Assembly (NCBI GenBank): GCA_040954595.2
Contig: CM082587.2
Coordinates: 4,886,206-4,950,205 of the forward strand
DNA length: 64,000 nt
Source of the DNA: Balanoglossus misakiensis
Taxonomy: Eukaryota; Animalia; Hemichordata
Direction of reading: 5' to 3'
The position numbers and the translations under genes are program-made. Shown here piece by piece: positions 39,701 through 50,996 of the stretch. The notes beneath the pieces were generated by a model. It was not told where the DNA came from. It saw nothing but the letters and a program-made list of their open reading frames with translations, and did not search any database. Numbering within the stretch: the stretch's first letter is position 1; each line of letters starts with the position of its first letter.

Positions 39701-42700
39701 CACCCCGGATATGTATAAGAAAGTGTCGAAGAAGTACAAGACGCGAACAGGAAGGGCCGGTGCTGATCCCAAAGACGCCGATCGAAGAACTGCTAGCCGT
39801 GGCTCTGACGACAGAAGTCAAAGAACAACTGCATATGTTGGCTATAAGGCGGAGGAGCGCGGTGGTAGTGACACTGCGCTAGATTCCAGTCCCCAGCCCT
39901 GGAGGGATTCGAGTCTTCAAGCAGAAACTCAGAGCAGATCCCCAGCATATTCGCCAGCTCCGCCTTTTGCACCAAACCTGTCTGATTTAATAACCCCGAC
40001 GGATGAGGATTTCGATGAATTGGCATTCAGTCCGAAGATGTATGGTAGAGCGCAGAAACAGAGTGCACGTAAACCTAAGGAGGGAAAGAAGCTGGTACCA
40101 GGACATGCTGACGCAGGGTTTGATGACGACAGCGGTTATTTCAAGTCCAAGGGCAAAACACCTGCCACCGCCCAAACTGACAAGGATGTTGGGTCTCGTA
40201 AATCAGGGGAAAAGTACAGCGAAGAACATGTTCAAGCACTGAGAGACTTCAGCGAGGTCATCGTCACATACGCAACCACGAATGCTCAAATGCAGTACAT
40301 AAACGAGCAGCGATACCAGCAAGTCGGTGTGGATGGTGTCGCTGAGCAACCAGACGCTGAAAGAAAAGCCACGGCCATGCAGTACAAAGGTACAGATGTG
40401 TCCAAGCAGGGCATTCAGCAGCCACCACCACACGTGCCGCGAATGGACGATCTACTGCAGCAGCAGTATGATTCTGACGACATCGCCGTCACCCCCGATA
40501 TGTTCAGGAAAGTAACCAAGCAGTACAGGAAAGGAGCAGACAGAGATGCCGGCGTGACCGTGAGTACGAAACGCGTCGGTGACACTGCGGCTGGTGGTGA
40601 AACTGTCAAAGAAGACGCTGACGATACTGCCGGGAAAACTGCACAATACAAGGACAAGGACGGAGACAGAGATGGCAAACGAGACCAGAGGTATTACAAA
40701 GAAGCTGATTATGAAGCCATTCCATTCCAAGACAAATTGCACACTGTATCTGGTCCGCGTGAGGTCAGACATGTTGAACCGCCGAAGGTCACGGGTATGA
40801 AAACTGATGACCGTGTCGCAGTCCAGCCACCGCCATTCATACCAGACCTGTCCGGTATTACGCAATCAGTTGATGCCGATGACATTGTCTTCACTCCCAA
40901 TTTGTATCGGAAAGTGACGAAGAAGTACGAAAAGAAAGACACCCGTGCACCGAGGGTTGTTGACCCACTTTATGAATACGAATACGACTACAGCGATGAC
41001 AGTTACAGCGATGAAGGTGAAGAATCACACCCAGAGGTCAGGGAGATTGATATGACAACTGCGAGGTTTGTAAAGCATAGCGAAGTGGGAGCTAAAGGCA
41101 CCTCTCTTTTGAGACGCGTTGCAGAAATCATAGTTGTGAGCGCTGTCACCACCGCCCAACTTAAATACATCACATTGGAAAAGGCGAGAGAGAAACGGGA
41201 ACAGAAATACGGGCGAGCAACGGACACGTCTCAAGGGACAGCGTGGCAGCAACGCCAAGACAGAACACCTGCAGGTACTGCAGCTAAGCCGCAAAGAGGC
41301 GAATATGATCAACCCACTCGTGATAGTACCAATGCGCATGCACCGCCGCCATTTGCGCCAAACATTGACAGCCTGATATTAGACGACATGGATGACACGC
41401 CCCTTACGCCAAAAATGTTCGCTAAGGGGAAAAATCAGTACCAATACACGAGCAAAGCAGCTCCAGCAAAATATGAATCTGATAGCGAAGCATCATCAGC
41501 AAGTGAGTATTCCTATTCTTCATCTGGAGACGATGAGATGGCTGATAAGAACCTGGCATACGGAGCAGTGAAACCTGCATTCGTCTACGGAACACCTGTA
41601 GATAAAACTCAACGTAGGGAGCGCAATGAAGCGGGTGCCAGAGACGCCAATCAATATGCGAGGGTCAGTCCGATGACAGGTGCTGTTTGTCAACCCTCTG
41701 TCCAGCCGCCTCCTCACTTGCCGAATATGGATGAGCTCATTGATGAACACGGTGACTTGGACGAATTGGCTATCAAGCCTGCCATGTACAGCAAGGTTTC
41801 CAAGGGTTACAAGGCAAAGAAGACGGTCTACGCGCCACCTGCAGCTGACACTGTCTCTGAAGATAGCTCGAGTCCGGATGATGAAGACGCCGATGAACAC
41901 CTGGCATTCCAACCAGCAGCACGCGCTGCAAAGAAAGACGCTTTGAGACAAAGAGAGAAAAAAGACAACAGACAAGAAGGGAAAGCACCCCGAAAAGATG
42001 TGACTTTCCAAGCTGATACGAGGGGCACAGGAATGCCTTATGACAACAGACAAACAGACGACGAAGCGCCCTTCCGTCCATTGCCATTCCCGCCAAACTT
42101 GGATGATCTGATACCCGACGATACTTATGAAGAGGCGCTCTTCTCCCCAAAGATGTACGGGCGCGTTTCTAAGAACTACAAACAAACTTCTTCCAGCGCA
42201 CAAGACGTTCGCCGCAGTGCCTATGGGAGTGACGAATCTGGCGCAAGTTCCGAATCTGGCGACGACGAATTTCATTCAGCACTGACACTGGCTGAAGAAC
42301 ACGACGAGAGTGACGATGACGAGCCAGAAGATGAGTTTTTCTCAGTCATGTCCTTGACACCGTACGCACCACCGAAATACGGAAAGATGTCTCTGTCTAC
42401 ACCAGTCAAGGATACGACTCGATTCGATTCCATGAGAGGTCAGCACAAACAGCAAAGCAAAAAGGATACTGAGGAATTCGACCCGCGGGTGCAGACTTAT
42501 TGCCAGTTGTATGTTGGCCATATATTATCCGGTGCGCAACTCGAGTACGCAAACCAAGAGATGCAGAACACTCCGCCACGTGGTGACAAGTTACAAAAAC
42601 CCAGTGATGATGGGCATGGCGGGGCGGGAGAAATGAGAAATAGGGCATCAGCTGAACCTGATGAAAAACACACCGAGACAAGACCTGCCTATAAAACAAC

Positions 42701-45220
42701 CCGAGAATCTAAAACGCCGAGAAGCAAGCAAACCCACCAGGACACAAGCGCAGTCCGAAGTGACCAACAGAGCCGTTCTGAAGACGACAAGATCAAACCC
42801 CCGCCTCATGTACCAGATATGGACGAGCTTCTCTCGCACTCAGTTGACTCCGACGATGTTTCCATGACTCCCGGGATGTACAGCAGAGCGACCAAGGGAT
42901 ACAAACGAGTCGCAGAACCGAAAAAGACATCTGTCCCAAATAGCGAGCGCAAGAACATTCTGGTCTCTAGTGCGACGAGGGATAAGAAGGTTACTAAGAA
43001 GGTGACCAAGAAAGTGAGTTTTCTTGACGATATGATGGATGCTGAAACACCTGTATCGCACAGCCGGCCAGAGATTGAAACGTCTGTTTGTCCACCACCA
43101 CACGTGCCAGACTTGAATGAACTACTACCAGGTGATGACTACAACGACTTGGCCTTTTCTCCGAAGCTGTATGGACGTGTCTCTAAACAGTACACAGTGC
43201 CCGAACAGAGATATTCAGACTTCTACAACTACAACTGCACCAACAACAACCATATCACAACTGAGGAGGTCAAGACGAAGGTGGATAGAGATGGCGAATT
43301 TACTGGTAGACTCGGAGGTGATTATACAGCGAGTTATGGCTCTGATACGCACAAAGAAGAAGAGGATGATAGCGAGGTGGAGGGGGAGGACGACGAGGAA
43401 GAAAAGGAAGAAGATGATGGTGATGACGATGAGTTCTATTCAGCTATGTCTTTGAGTGGCAAAGTTTCTGAAGAGTCCACTGGCGAGGAGTTTTTCTCGG
43501 CGCATTCTTTGATCGACAAGTCCGACGCTCCAGAAGTCAGGACCGCTTACACTGTCATTCAGCACGACGATAGACTGCCAGAGCGTTTCAACAGAGCAGA
43601 CGACAAAACACCCAGGGAGACGGAAGATAGAAAGACCTCCCCTCACTACAGCGCTTACTCGCCATTCCGCGGTGACGTCAAACTGAATTCGGAATATCTG
43701 CGGGCGCTCAGCAGGGTGGTGATTCAAAACGTGCTGGCCGGTGCCATCATGAAGTACGCTCGGGAGCTGAGGGAAGGCAACCGTAACTCCGCATGCCGTG
43801 TGGTAAAAGCTGGTAAGAAGACCATCTTGAGTATCAAACAGGGGCAGACGCCTGCGCAGGACGCCAAGTGGGACACCGGTGCCACTGAAGCCAAAACTGA
43901 TGACAAGAAATACCGTTCAGAAGCCAAATTTGGTAAGAGAGACACAGAAACTTATTTGCCATTTTGTCATGCCCCATGGTTGCCGCAGTTATCATTTTCC
44001 AAAAGCCTGTGTACATTCTATTTTGTTTTCGCTTTGTTTTTTCAGAAGGTAAACCTGTTGCCAAGGAGCTGATGTGTCCACTGCCATACCCTCCGAATAT
44101 GGACGAATTAATCGAAAAGGAAACGACCGACGACATACGCTTCACGCCGAAGTTATTCGGGAGAGTCGGCAAGAGCGGCAAACCACTTTCTGGACAGCGC
44201 ACGGTCGGCGTGCGAGTGCAAGTGACGGTAGATGACGTCGGCGATGACGAGGACGTGTTCTCCGCGAAGGCTAAGCGAGGCAGGTGGGGTTACGATGAGA
44301 CCACCCAGGCAGCCGAGAGCAACTACGACGCCCTCCTGATGCATTTCAGCAAGATCTTCGTCGCGCATGTCATAACCGGCGCCCAGCTTCGGTTCGCGGC
44401 AGATGTCGGCGTGGCTGGAAGCGTAACCGGCGGCAAGAAATCAACCACCGGTGACAAGGAATCGGCTTTCTTCGTGAAGGACAAAGTCACGTTTTTCGAA
44501 TCGCAGGCAGAGCCCCAGGAAACAGTGAAGAGTGTTTGGGATGACAAAGTTAGAGATGACAAAGTTCGGCAAGACAACGTGGTCATCAAAGGCAGGGAAG
44601 CTGTGAGACTGACAGACGCCCGCGACCAAGAAGTTGGCGCGGGGCAGGACCAAGAGTTGGAAGAAGTTGCCGGGGCGGCCAATTATGGCGATAAAAACAA
44701 AAGAATCCGAAACGCCACCACACAGACCAGGATCCGAAGCGTGCGCCGCAGTCTGCGGCCAAGCCAACGTGAACGAGAAGCGTATGAGAACCAACGTAGA
44801 AAGGCGGGTGTGGCCAAGAAAGACAAGAAAAAACGAGGCTTCGTTCTGTTCTCGTACGGCTCGAAGAAAAGCGACAAGAAGAAATCTGACAAGGCCAAGG
44901 ACAAGATTGACATGTACGAACGACTGATGAAGAGGGAACAGAAACTTCTTGCGCGTGCCAGCGCCAAATCTGGAGCGGAGACGCCGAAAGACGTCAGCGG
45001 TGCGGCCGACAAGGTAAAGATGTACGAGAATCTGATCAAGAAAGAACGATCCGCGGCCGCCAAGTCGGGAAAGAAGGACGCAGCCCGCGTGAAACATGTC
45101 CGTCCAGCGGATAGAGAGTCTTCAGACGCGCGAAAAATGACCAGCAAAAGCGGTCATCCAAAAGTTGAATCGGGCACCAAGTCCGGAAAACATTCAACAC
45201 CAAAAAAGCAAACAGAATAG
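36755..45220 (+). CDS. Giant (~2718 aa) low-complexity repeat protein of unknown family, with AKAP-like helices and FFAT-like motifs. Exons 36755-36822, 37019-43932, 44046-45220
   Basis: 7-kb uninterrupted ORF. The GTAAGA donor at 43933 and TTTTTTCAG acceptor at 44045 join the two ORFs in frame, and the 14th repeat copy lies after the junction. An upstream ATG exon splices in frame (68+6914+1175 = 8157 nt). Possible N-terminal coiled coil. Confidence 0.85.
38222..39375 (+). repeat. Coding 72-bp (24-aa) tandem repeat STDPWVQQGPQVVPDLSLDREEKR inside a ~711-bp higher-order duplication
   Basis: 13 visible units in two runs. The flanking block PPPFVPDLSEL...KPQSIDREERSS is duplicated at ~37975 and ~38685. 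Confidence 0.95.
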
Positions 45221-46681
45221 ACAACAGAAACAGCGATCAGAAATTGCGAGATAAAAACCCAAAAAAATCACACAGAGTTAAAAAAATATTGTCATTGATT
45301 AATCAGTTTCCGATTGACCATACAAGTAATTTTCTTCTTGCACTACACCTCATTACATCACACGAATCATAAATCAACGTTGCTATGACCATTGAAGACC
45401 ACGCCACAATGGTTTGAAATTTCTATATAATAGCTGTTGCATAATTAAATCACGTTGCTACAATAAAACATACATACATGTTGATTGAAATCATAAGACT
45501 TTGTCGCGTGTTATATTTTCACCCGTTTGCTGCTTTAACACAATAAATAGTTGAAATGGTACTACATGTAGTCTAAAGTGAACGCGCATGAAGATGTAGA
45601 CCCTAGTCATTCCCTGGCGTAACGTTGATCAGTTTGTATCTTCAAAGATTCAGCATATCTGCATGGAGCAGACGTCATGAAATAGTTTTCTCGGAGATAT
45701 AATATCTTTGTGTTGTAATCACATGCACATGCACTGTAGATGCATACACACATGATAGCAGAAACCCTAACATGTGTACAAAACGCGAAAAATCTTTATT
45801 CTGTAATCGAGATATACAGTTTAGTACATGCACAGCTCTAGAACCGTGACAAGCTCCAAATGTTCCTTACACGATTTCCACCAAGCATCATACCTAAGTG
45901 ACAAGGTTATAGATCACTATGGAAACCGGTGATTCAAAACTGCCGAGTGAATCACAAGATTAACTCCTGTATAAACATGTGCTGATTTTTTTTCTGACTT
46001 GCGTATTCTGGTGTGTGACCTAATCGTTAGGTAGTTCATAAGTTTCGGCAATTTGCGCCTAATTTAAATGGTGAAGTTGACTTCATGCTTGGTGAAAACA
46101 CTGACCACCCTCCCTGGCAGTTTTTCATAGCATTCCTTATTATCCATGTGAACCATGGCATTGTCATCTCCACTTCCACTCAACATCATCTTAACATTCC
46201 GAGAACTCAAGCACTGTGCGAGAGACTGCAGATGAACAACTGCACACGAGGAAGGAAAAATGAAAACTGTAATTTCCTACACACTGACTAATAGTCTAAT
46301 GACCAGGCCTATTCATCAGCTCGAAGTAAAATCCTGTGGTGACTAAGTATAAAAAAACCTCTGAGTAAATAATGGCATTGTTGTGTATTGTCTATAACAG
46401 AATGTCGAGGTACTGAGGTATATGTTAATACGCAAAATGTACTGCATGTAAAATATGCAAGAAAAATGTCCCTTTGTGGTGTCAAACGAAACATTTTGAA
46501 ATCAAGGTGAAAACAATTTGAAAAAAAAAATCCCCAAATAAGGGAATGAAGATTTCATAGGAAAGAAAAAAAAGTTGGTTTTCTATGTGTGATTGTGAAG
46601 TGTTGTATGTTGACGTAAAATAAAACTCTGAAAACAGAGAGCATTAGATGTCCTGTTTCAGATTTCCCCTCAGTAATATTA

Positions 46682-46861
46682 CTGTAAAACGATATATTTT
46701 CGCGAACTGCGCGAGAGCCAAAAAACAAAAAGTCGCGCACGATGTTTTCCGGAGATAACGATGCAATGAAATACGAGAACGCGAAAACTAATCGGCGCGC
46801 AACAGTTGGTACTTCTGATATCGCGAAAAATTTCCCGCAGCAAAAATTTCCGGTTTTACAG
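46682..46861. mobile_element. ~180-bp MITE with CTGTAAAAC...GTTTTACAG termini in the TBC1D13 3' UTR
   Basis: Terminal inverted repeat CTGTAAAAC, internal CGCGAAAA motifs, and TA at the left flank (the right flank is GA, so the TSD is imperfect). CpG-rich relative to the surrounding UTR. Confidence 0.65.
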
Positions 46862-46887
46862 GATCTTCTGTCTTCCAAGCAGTGATA

Positions 46888-49800
46888 CTATCTCTTCCTC
46901 AAATCCATTGCCTTTCCCAGGAGCATATTGACATCTATGGATGGATAATTCTGCAAAATGAATTAAAAACAGGGAAATCATTAGAACAGATTTAAAACTA
47001 CCATTCTGAAGATTTATTGAAACATGCTTATTTCCCAGTTTTCAATATGTAACCATTTTAAGTGTTCAAAGGACAAAAACTGTCCTTTGAAATGACAATA
47101 AAAAACATACCTGCAAAAGTTTCATATTTGATGGGAAGTCATTATTCAGTAAATCATCACGAACTAATCTGTAAATAGAGAATAGCATGTAACCTTTATG
47201 TATATGGATGGTTCCCATCTTCAAGTGTTCATTTTCAGTTAATTACACATCAAAGCTGAATCCTTGTTTGTATGTATAACATTATGATAATGTCATCAAA
47301 TACACTGAAATGCACAAAAGGGTAATACTTACACTAGCATTGCACAACAGACGTAAATTAAGAACTCAAAGCGTGTTTCATCGGAAAACAGGGCATCCCA
47401 CAACCGTATTACATCTGAAATCATAACATTTGAATAATGCTCAATGATCTGACAAAAACTAGTGGACCATTCTTGCACTCTACTGTCAATTTGTTGTAAA
47501 GAGGTAGAAAGTTTACATGGAAGAAAACCCAACACTTGCTGGATGGGTATTGGTTGGTGTGAAAGTATAACTAATTTGCATACGAAAAAACATACAGAGT
47601 AATGGTTGGCCAATCTGAATGATCGTGTGACTGTCAACACCAAATATGGTCAACCTACCGGGCAGCGGGAATTCCTGGGAGAGCAGCAAGGTGAGCCACC
47701 TGAATCCGAAGAACTGGGGTTTGAGGTCTTGCTCGTTGAGTCTGGTCCACAGTCTGAAGTCTTTGGCTTTCAGCGTCATCATCAGGTTGGACATGGTGGC
47801 GTTGATGCCCATGGCCGAGTCGTCCAGCGATTTGATGAAACTGTCCCGGATTTCCGACATCAGATTGGTGAAACAGAAGAACGAGTCGGCTTCTGCGTGC
47901 CCTGAAACGAGGAAAACACGGAAGCATGAGACTCTCCGTTGAATTATTGCCAGGTTGGAGAAAATTCAGTGTGTGACTTTGATCGGGTCGTGAATAATCA
48001 TTGTATGTACGCACTTGGGTTTTCAAAGACTGTTTTGATCAGTGAAAGTACATTGGCAATGCAATCTATGAGCAAAAAGGTTTACGTTTGTATTTTGTTT
48101 CATGTGGACCCTATGCCATCCGGCCATCTTTTATTGAGTACACCCCATAAAAGATGGCCGCCAGAGCAGTGTGGCAGCACAGAACTACCTGCAGCAACAG
48201 AGCCTGGAAAAGAATTAATTCTGAACTGGTGAATCCCACCTTGTATCTCCTTGTCTGGGTCGGACGCAAGCAAGTAGTAGATCGGGCCGATGATTTCGTT
48301 CATGCCCTGCACGTAGCCCTGTCCGGGGTTCAGTTTTGCGTAGATGAACAGTATCCTTTCCACCACTTCCCAATGCGCTTCCTGGCCATCCGGTAAAGTG
48401 GTGTACTCATCTGGTAATTTCGCCTTTTTCTTGGTCACCTGAAACAATGAAATAAATATTTCGAGTCACCATTGAGGGACAATATCATACACAAGCACAA
48501 AGGAGTAAGACGCAACGGATTATAACGCACTTACATTTGTGATTCCCAGCCAGTTTTTGCCCACATCGCCTGAATTCAACACAGTGTACTCCACCCGTTT
48601 CCGTAACGTTTCAACTTCGGACTCGGCGTTGATGATTGGCAGGCAGGGGTACGATGTGGCTCTCTGAAATAATGCTATTTCTGGTAATAATCTCCTACAG
48701 AGTGAAACAGAAATGTACGGTAAGTTAAAAAATGTTGTACATACATCATGGTGACAATACACCACTTTCATTTGGCTAAGTATAATGTGAAAACTCGCAT
48801 AGATTGACAATACAGCTAGTAATTTAGGATTGACATGAAAACAACAGTCACACCAAGAAATATTACCTTGTGTCTTTGTCAATTTGTAAGAGAACTTCAT
48901 TGTCTTTGAAATACTGAGACCATTCACTGTTGGGATTCGGGTTTAGTGGCTGGGGAAAAAAACGGATTAACACTTGTGAGAGCTGTACATGACCATTACT
49001 TAGCTGACTTTTGTTTAAAAATATTCTTAAAGTGGCAGTATGAAAAAGCACAAAAACTTACATGATCCTCAACAAAGTGGCCTTCGTGTCTCCGTTTGGC
49101 ACCAGGTATGATAATAAACTCCTGAATAAATTGTACATAAAGAGCCCTAGAAAAAAAATAAACATCCATCATAATCATGATTCATCATCATCATCATCAT
49201 CACCATCACCATCACCATCATCATCAAATAGACCTTAATGATTAATGGTCTGATAGACCTTTCTATGAATCAATACAACTCACCTCTTCTTTGCTAGTGT
49301 TTCCTCCCATAGAGACCGATCTGCGGGTAAGTAGTTTAATAGAAGCTGACAAGGGAAAAAAACATAATTTGACATTCACCATTTAATCAATACTCTTTGT
49401 CTATTTCAACAACTGTTGGGCATTTTACGGTGGTATTTGAATAGTTCGTACCCACCAGTTAGCGTTCCAACAAGATAACAGGGAAAAGTGTTCTTAAAGG
49501 ATAAAATATTCAATTGCCCCTCCCCCAAACTATGCAAATACAATGTACCTTTCAACATACCTTCCAACACACAGATCTTAGTCCAGGTTTATCTGGTATA
49601 CCTGAAAAAGTAAAATCATTCCACATAATGCGTGTTTACATTCGAACGCTATGGCCGACAACTTCCTGACTGGGGCATATACTAGAATCAGTCTTGTCCC
49701 AGATCTGACACACTCATCATCGCACTAGTGTCATATTAGTGGGCGGTTCCCTGCAAGAGTCAATCACGAACCTCACCAATATTCGATAATGATCTGACAT

Positions 49801-50171
49801 TTGCACCTCTCAGTGGCCCCTGATACACTATACCATAAATGTAAACTAACATTTGACATAACAATATTTTATCTTGTATCTGTAAACTTTTATGCACATT
49901 TAAAACAACAATACAAGTAGCAACTTCTGACTTGACAGGGCAGTTGCAACGACAATGTAAACATTGTTCTGACGAAGCCGTGATACTTGCCGTAAGAACT
50001 CATTAAATTCAGCCTCTTTCGATCTATTTTCGGGCGCTGCAACATAGATTCGAATTCCGCTACCCTGCAATGCAACGAAAAAATTCGATAAGACCCAAGC
50101 TAAGTAATACAATACAACGGAAATATGTACATTAAGAATCAAAACATCTACCTGGCTCTGTACGTCGCCAT
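46888..50171 (-). CDS. TBC1D13: TBC1 domain family member 13 (Rab-GAP), multi-exon
   Basis: MATYRARVAEF..., GIPDKPGLRSVCWKLLLNYLP, DHPLNPNPNSEWSQYFKDNEVLLQIDKDTRRL (R finger), HWEVVERILFIYAKLNPGQGYVQGMNEI (Q finger), FRWLTLLLSQEFPLPDVIRLWD, and last exon NYPSIDVNMLLGKAMDLRKR*. Confidence 0.95.
49181..49226. repeat. Intronic (CAT/CAC)n trinucleotide repeat
   Basis: Visible run. Confidence 0.85.
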
Positions 50172-50490
50172 CTTGAAATATTATGACCTCGTTCCCAGTC
50201 TTTCTATTAACGCGTTTTCATTTCCATGACTTTCTTTGACCTTTGTATGCTACTAGTAGTGGCAACAACCTTTATTTATCTTAACCATACTTATTCATGT
50301 TTACATTATAGGATTTTGGATCGAATAGAGCATAGTCGAATTTACATCTAATAATCATTAGTTTCGAATGAGGATAAAGGTGAAGATGGCTGAACTCAGA
50401 TGCCCTCTGTTCCTGTCAGACTTCTAGAGTAGTAAAAGGTGTACGTCATAGCAAACATCGTGATCGTGGATCACGTATTCGACAGTTGGT
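50172..50490. promoter_or_regulatory. Putative bidirectional promoter for TBC1D13 and ZER1, including a non-coding ZER1 first exon (donor GTAAG ~50489)
   Basis: Head-to-head arrangement. YY1-like CAAGATGGCG on the minus strand over the TBC1D13 ATG and GAAGATGGC at ~50382. The acceptor TTTTCCCCCAG at ~50941 precedes the ZER1 ATG. Confidence 0.55.
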
Positions 50491-50996
50491 AAGAAAATGA
50501 ACTTTAGATCTTGTGTTTTTAATCTATTAACCGCATTTCTGTCATTTAAAGAGACTACAACCGTAGTCACTGTGCTACACCATATGTACTGGCATGTATC
50601 ATTGATTGTAACACATACATGTACATATCAAATGCTTCACTGCAGTGTTGCACACGGTAAAATGCCTGATGAGTGAACTGATGGTATCAAACTGACAAAC
50701 TGACTTGAGGTGGAAGTCAACGTGGGATCCGATCTCTTCTGACTTCAACTGCTACCTACCCCCCCCCCCTTCCCTATATCATATATGTAAACAGTGTGCA
50801 ATATAACACACGAGAAAATTGAAACAAACACCAAATTTCTTCAGTAGTTTATAGTGCATCCACTGAATACAGATGATAGATCTCTTCATATATCATAATG
50901 TCAACAATTATATTTCTAATGTTTCATTGTTTTTCCCCCAGTAGCAGAAGCTAATCCTATAACAATCCTGCTAAAAGAAGAGAGGCATACAACAAG

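Noticed and set aside
43933-44072. Frameshift, or hydrophobic C-terminal TM at the end of the 2337-aa ORF
   Set aside because: Explained by a canonical 113-nt GT-AG intron; the Phe-rich tail is the translated polypyrimidine tract.
37690-44175. Nebulin-repeat identity for the 35-aa repeat (TP-x-M...S...YK resemblance)
   Set aside because: The TP-to-YK spacing is much shorter than in nebulin, there is no SDxxYK, and the copies are dispersed rather than contiguous.
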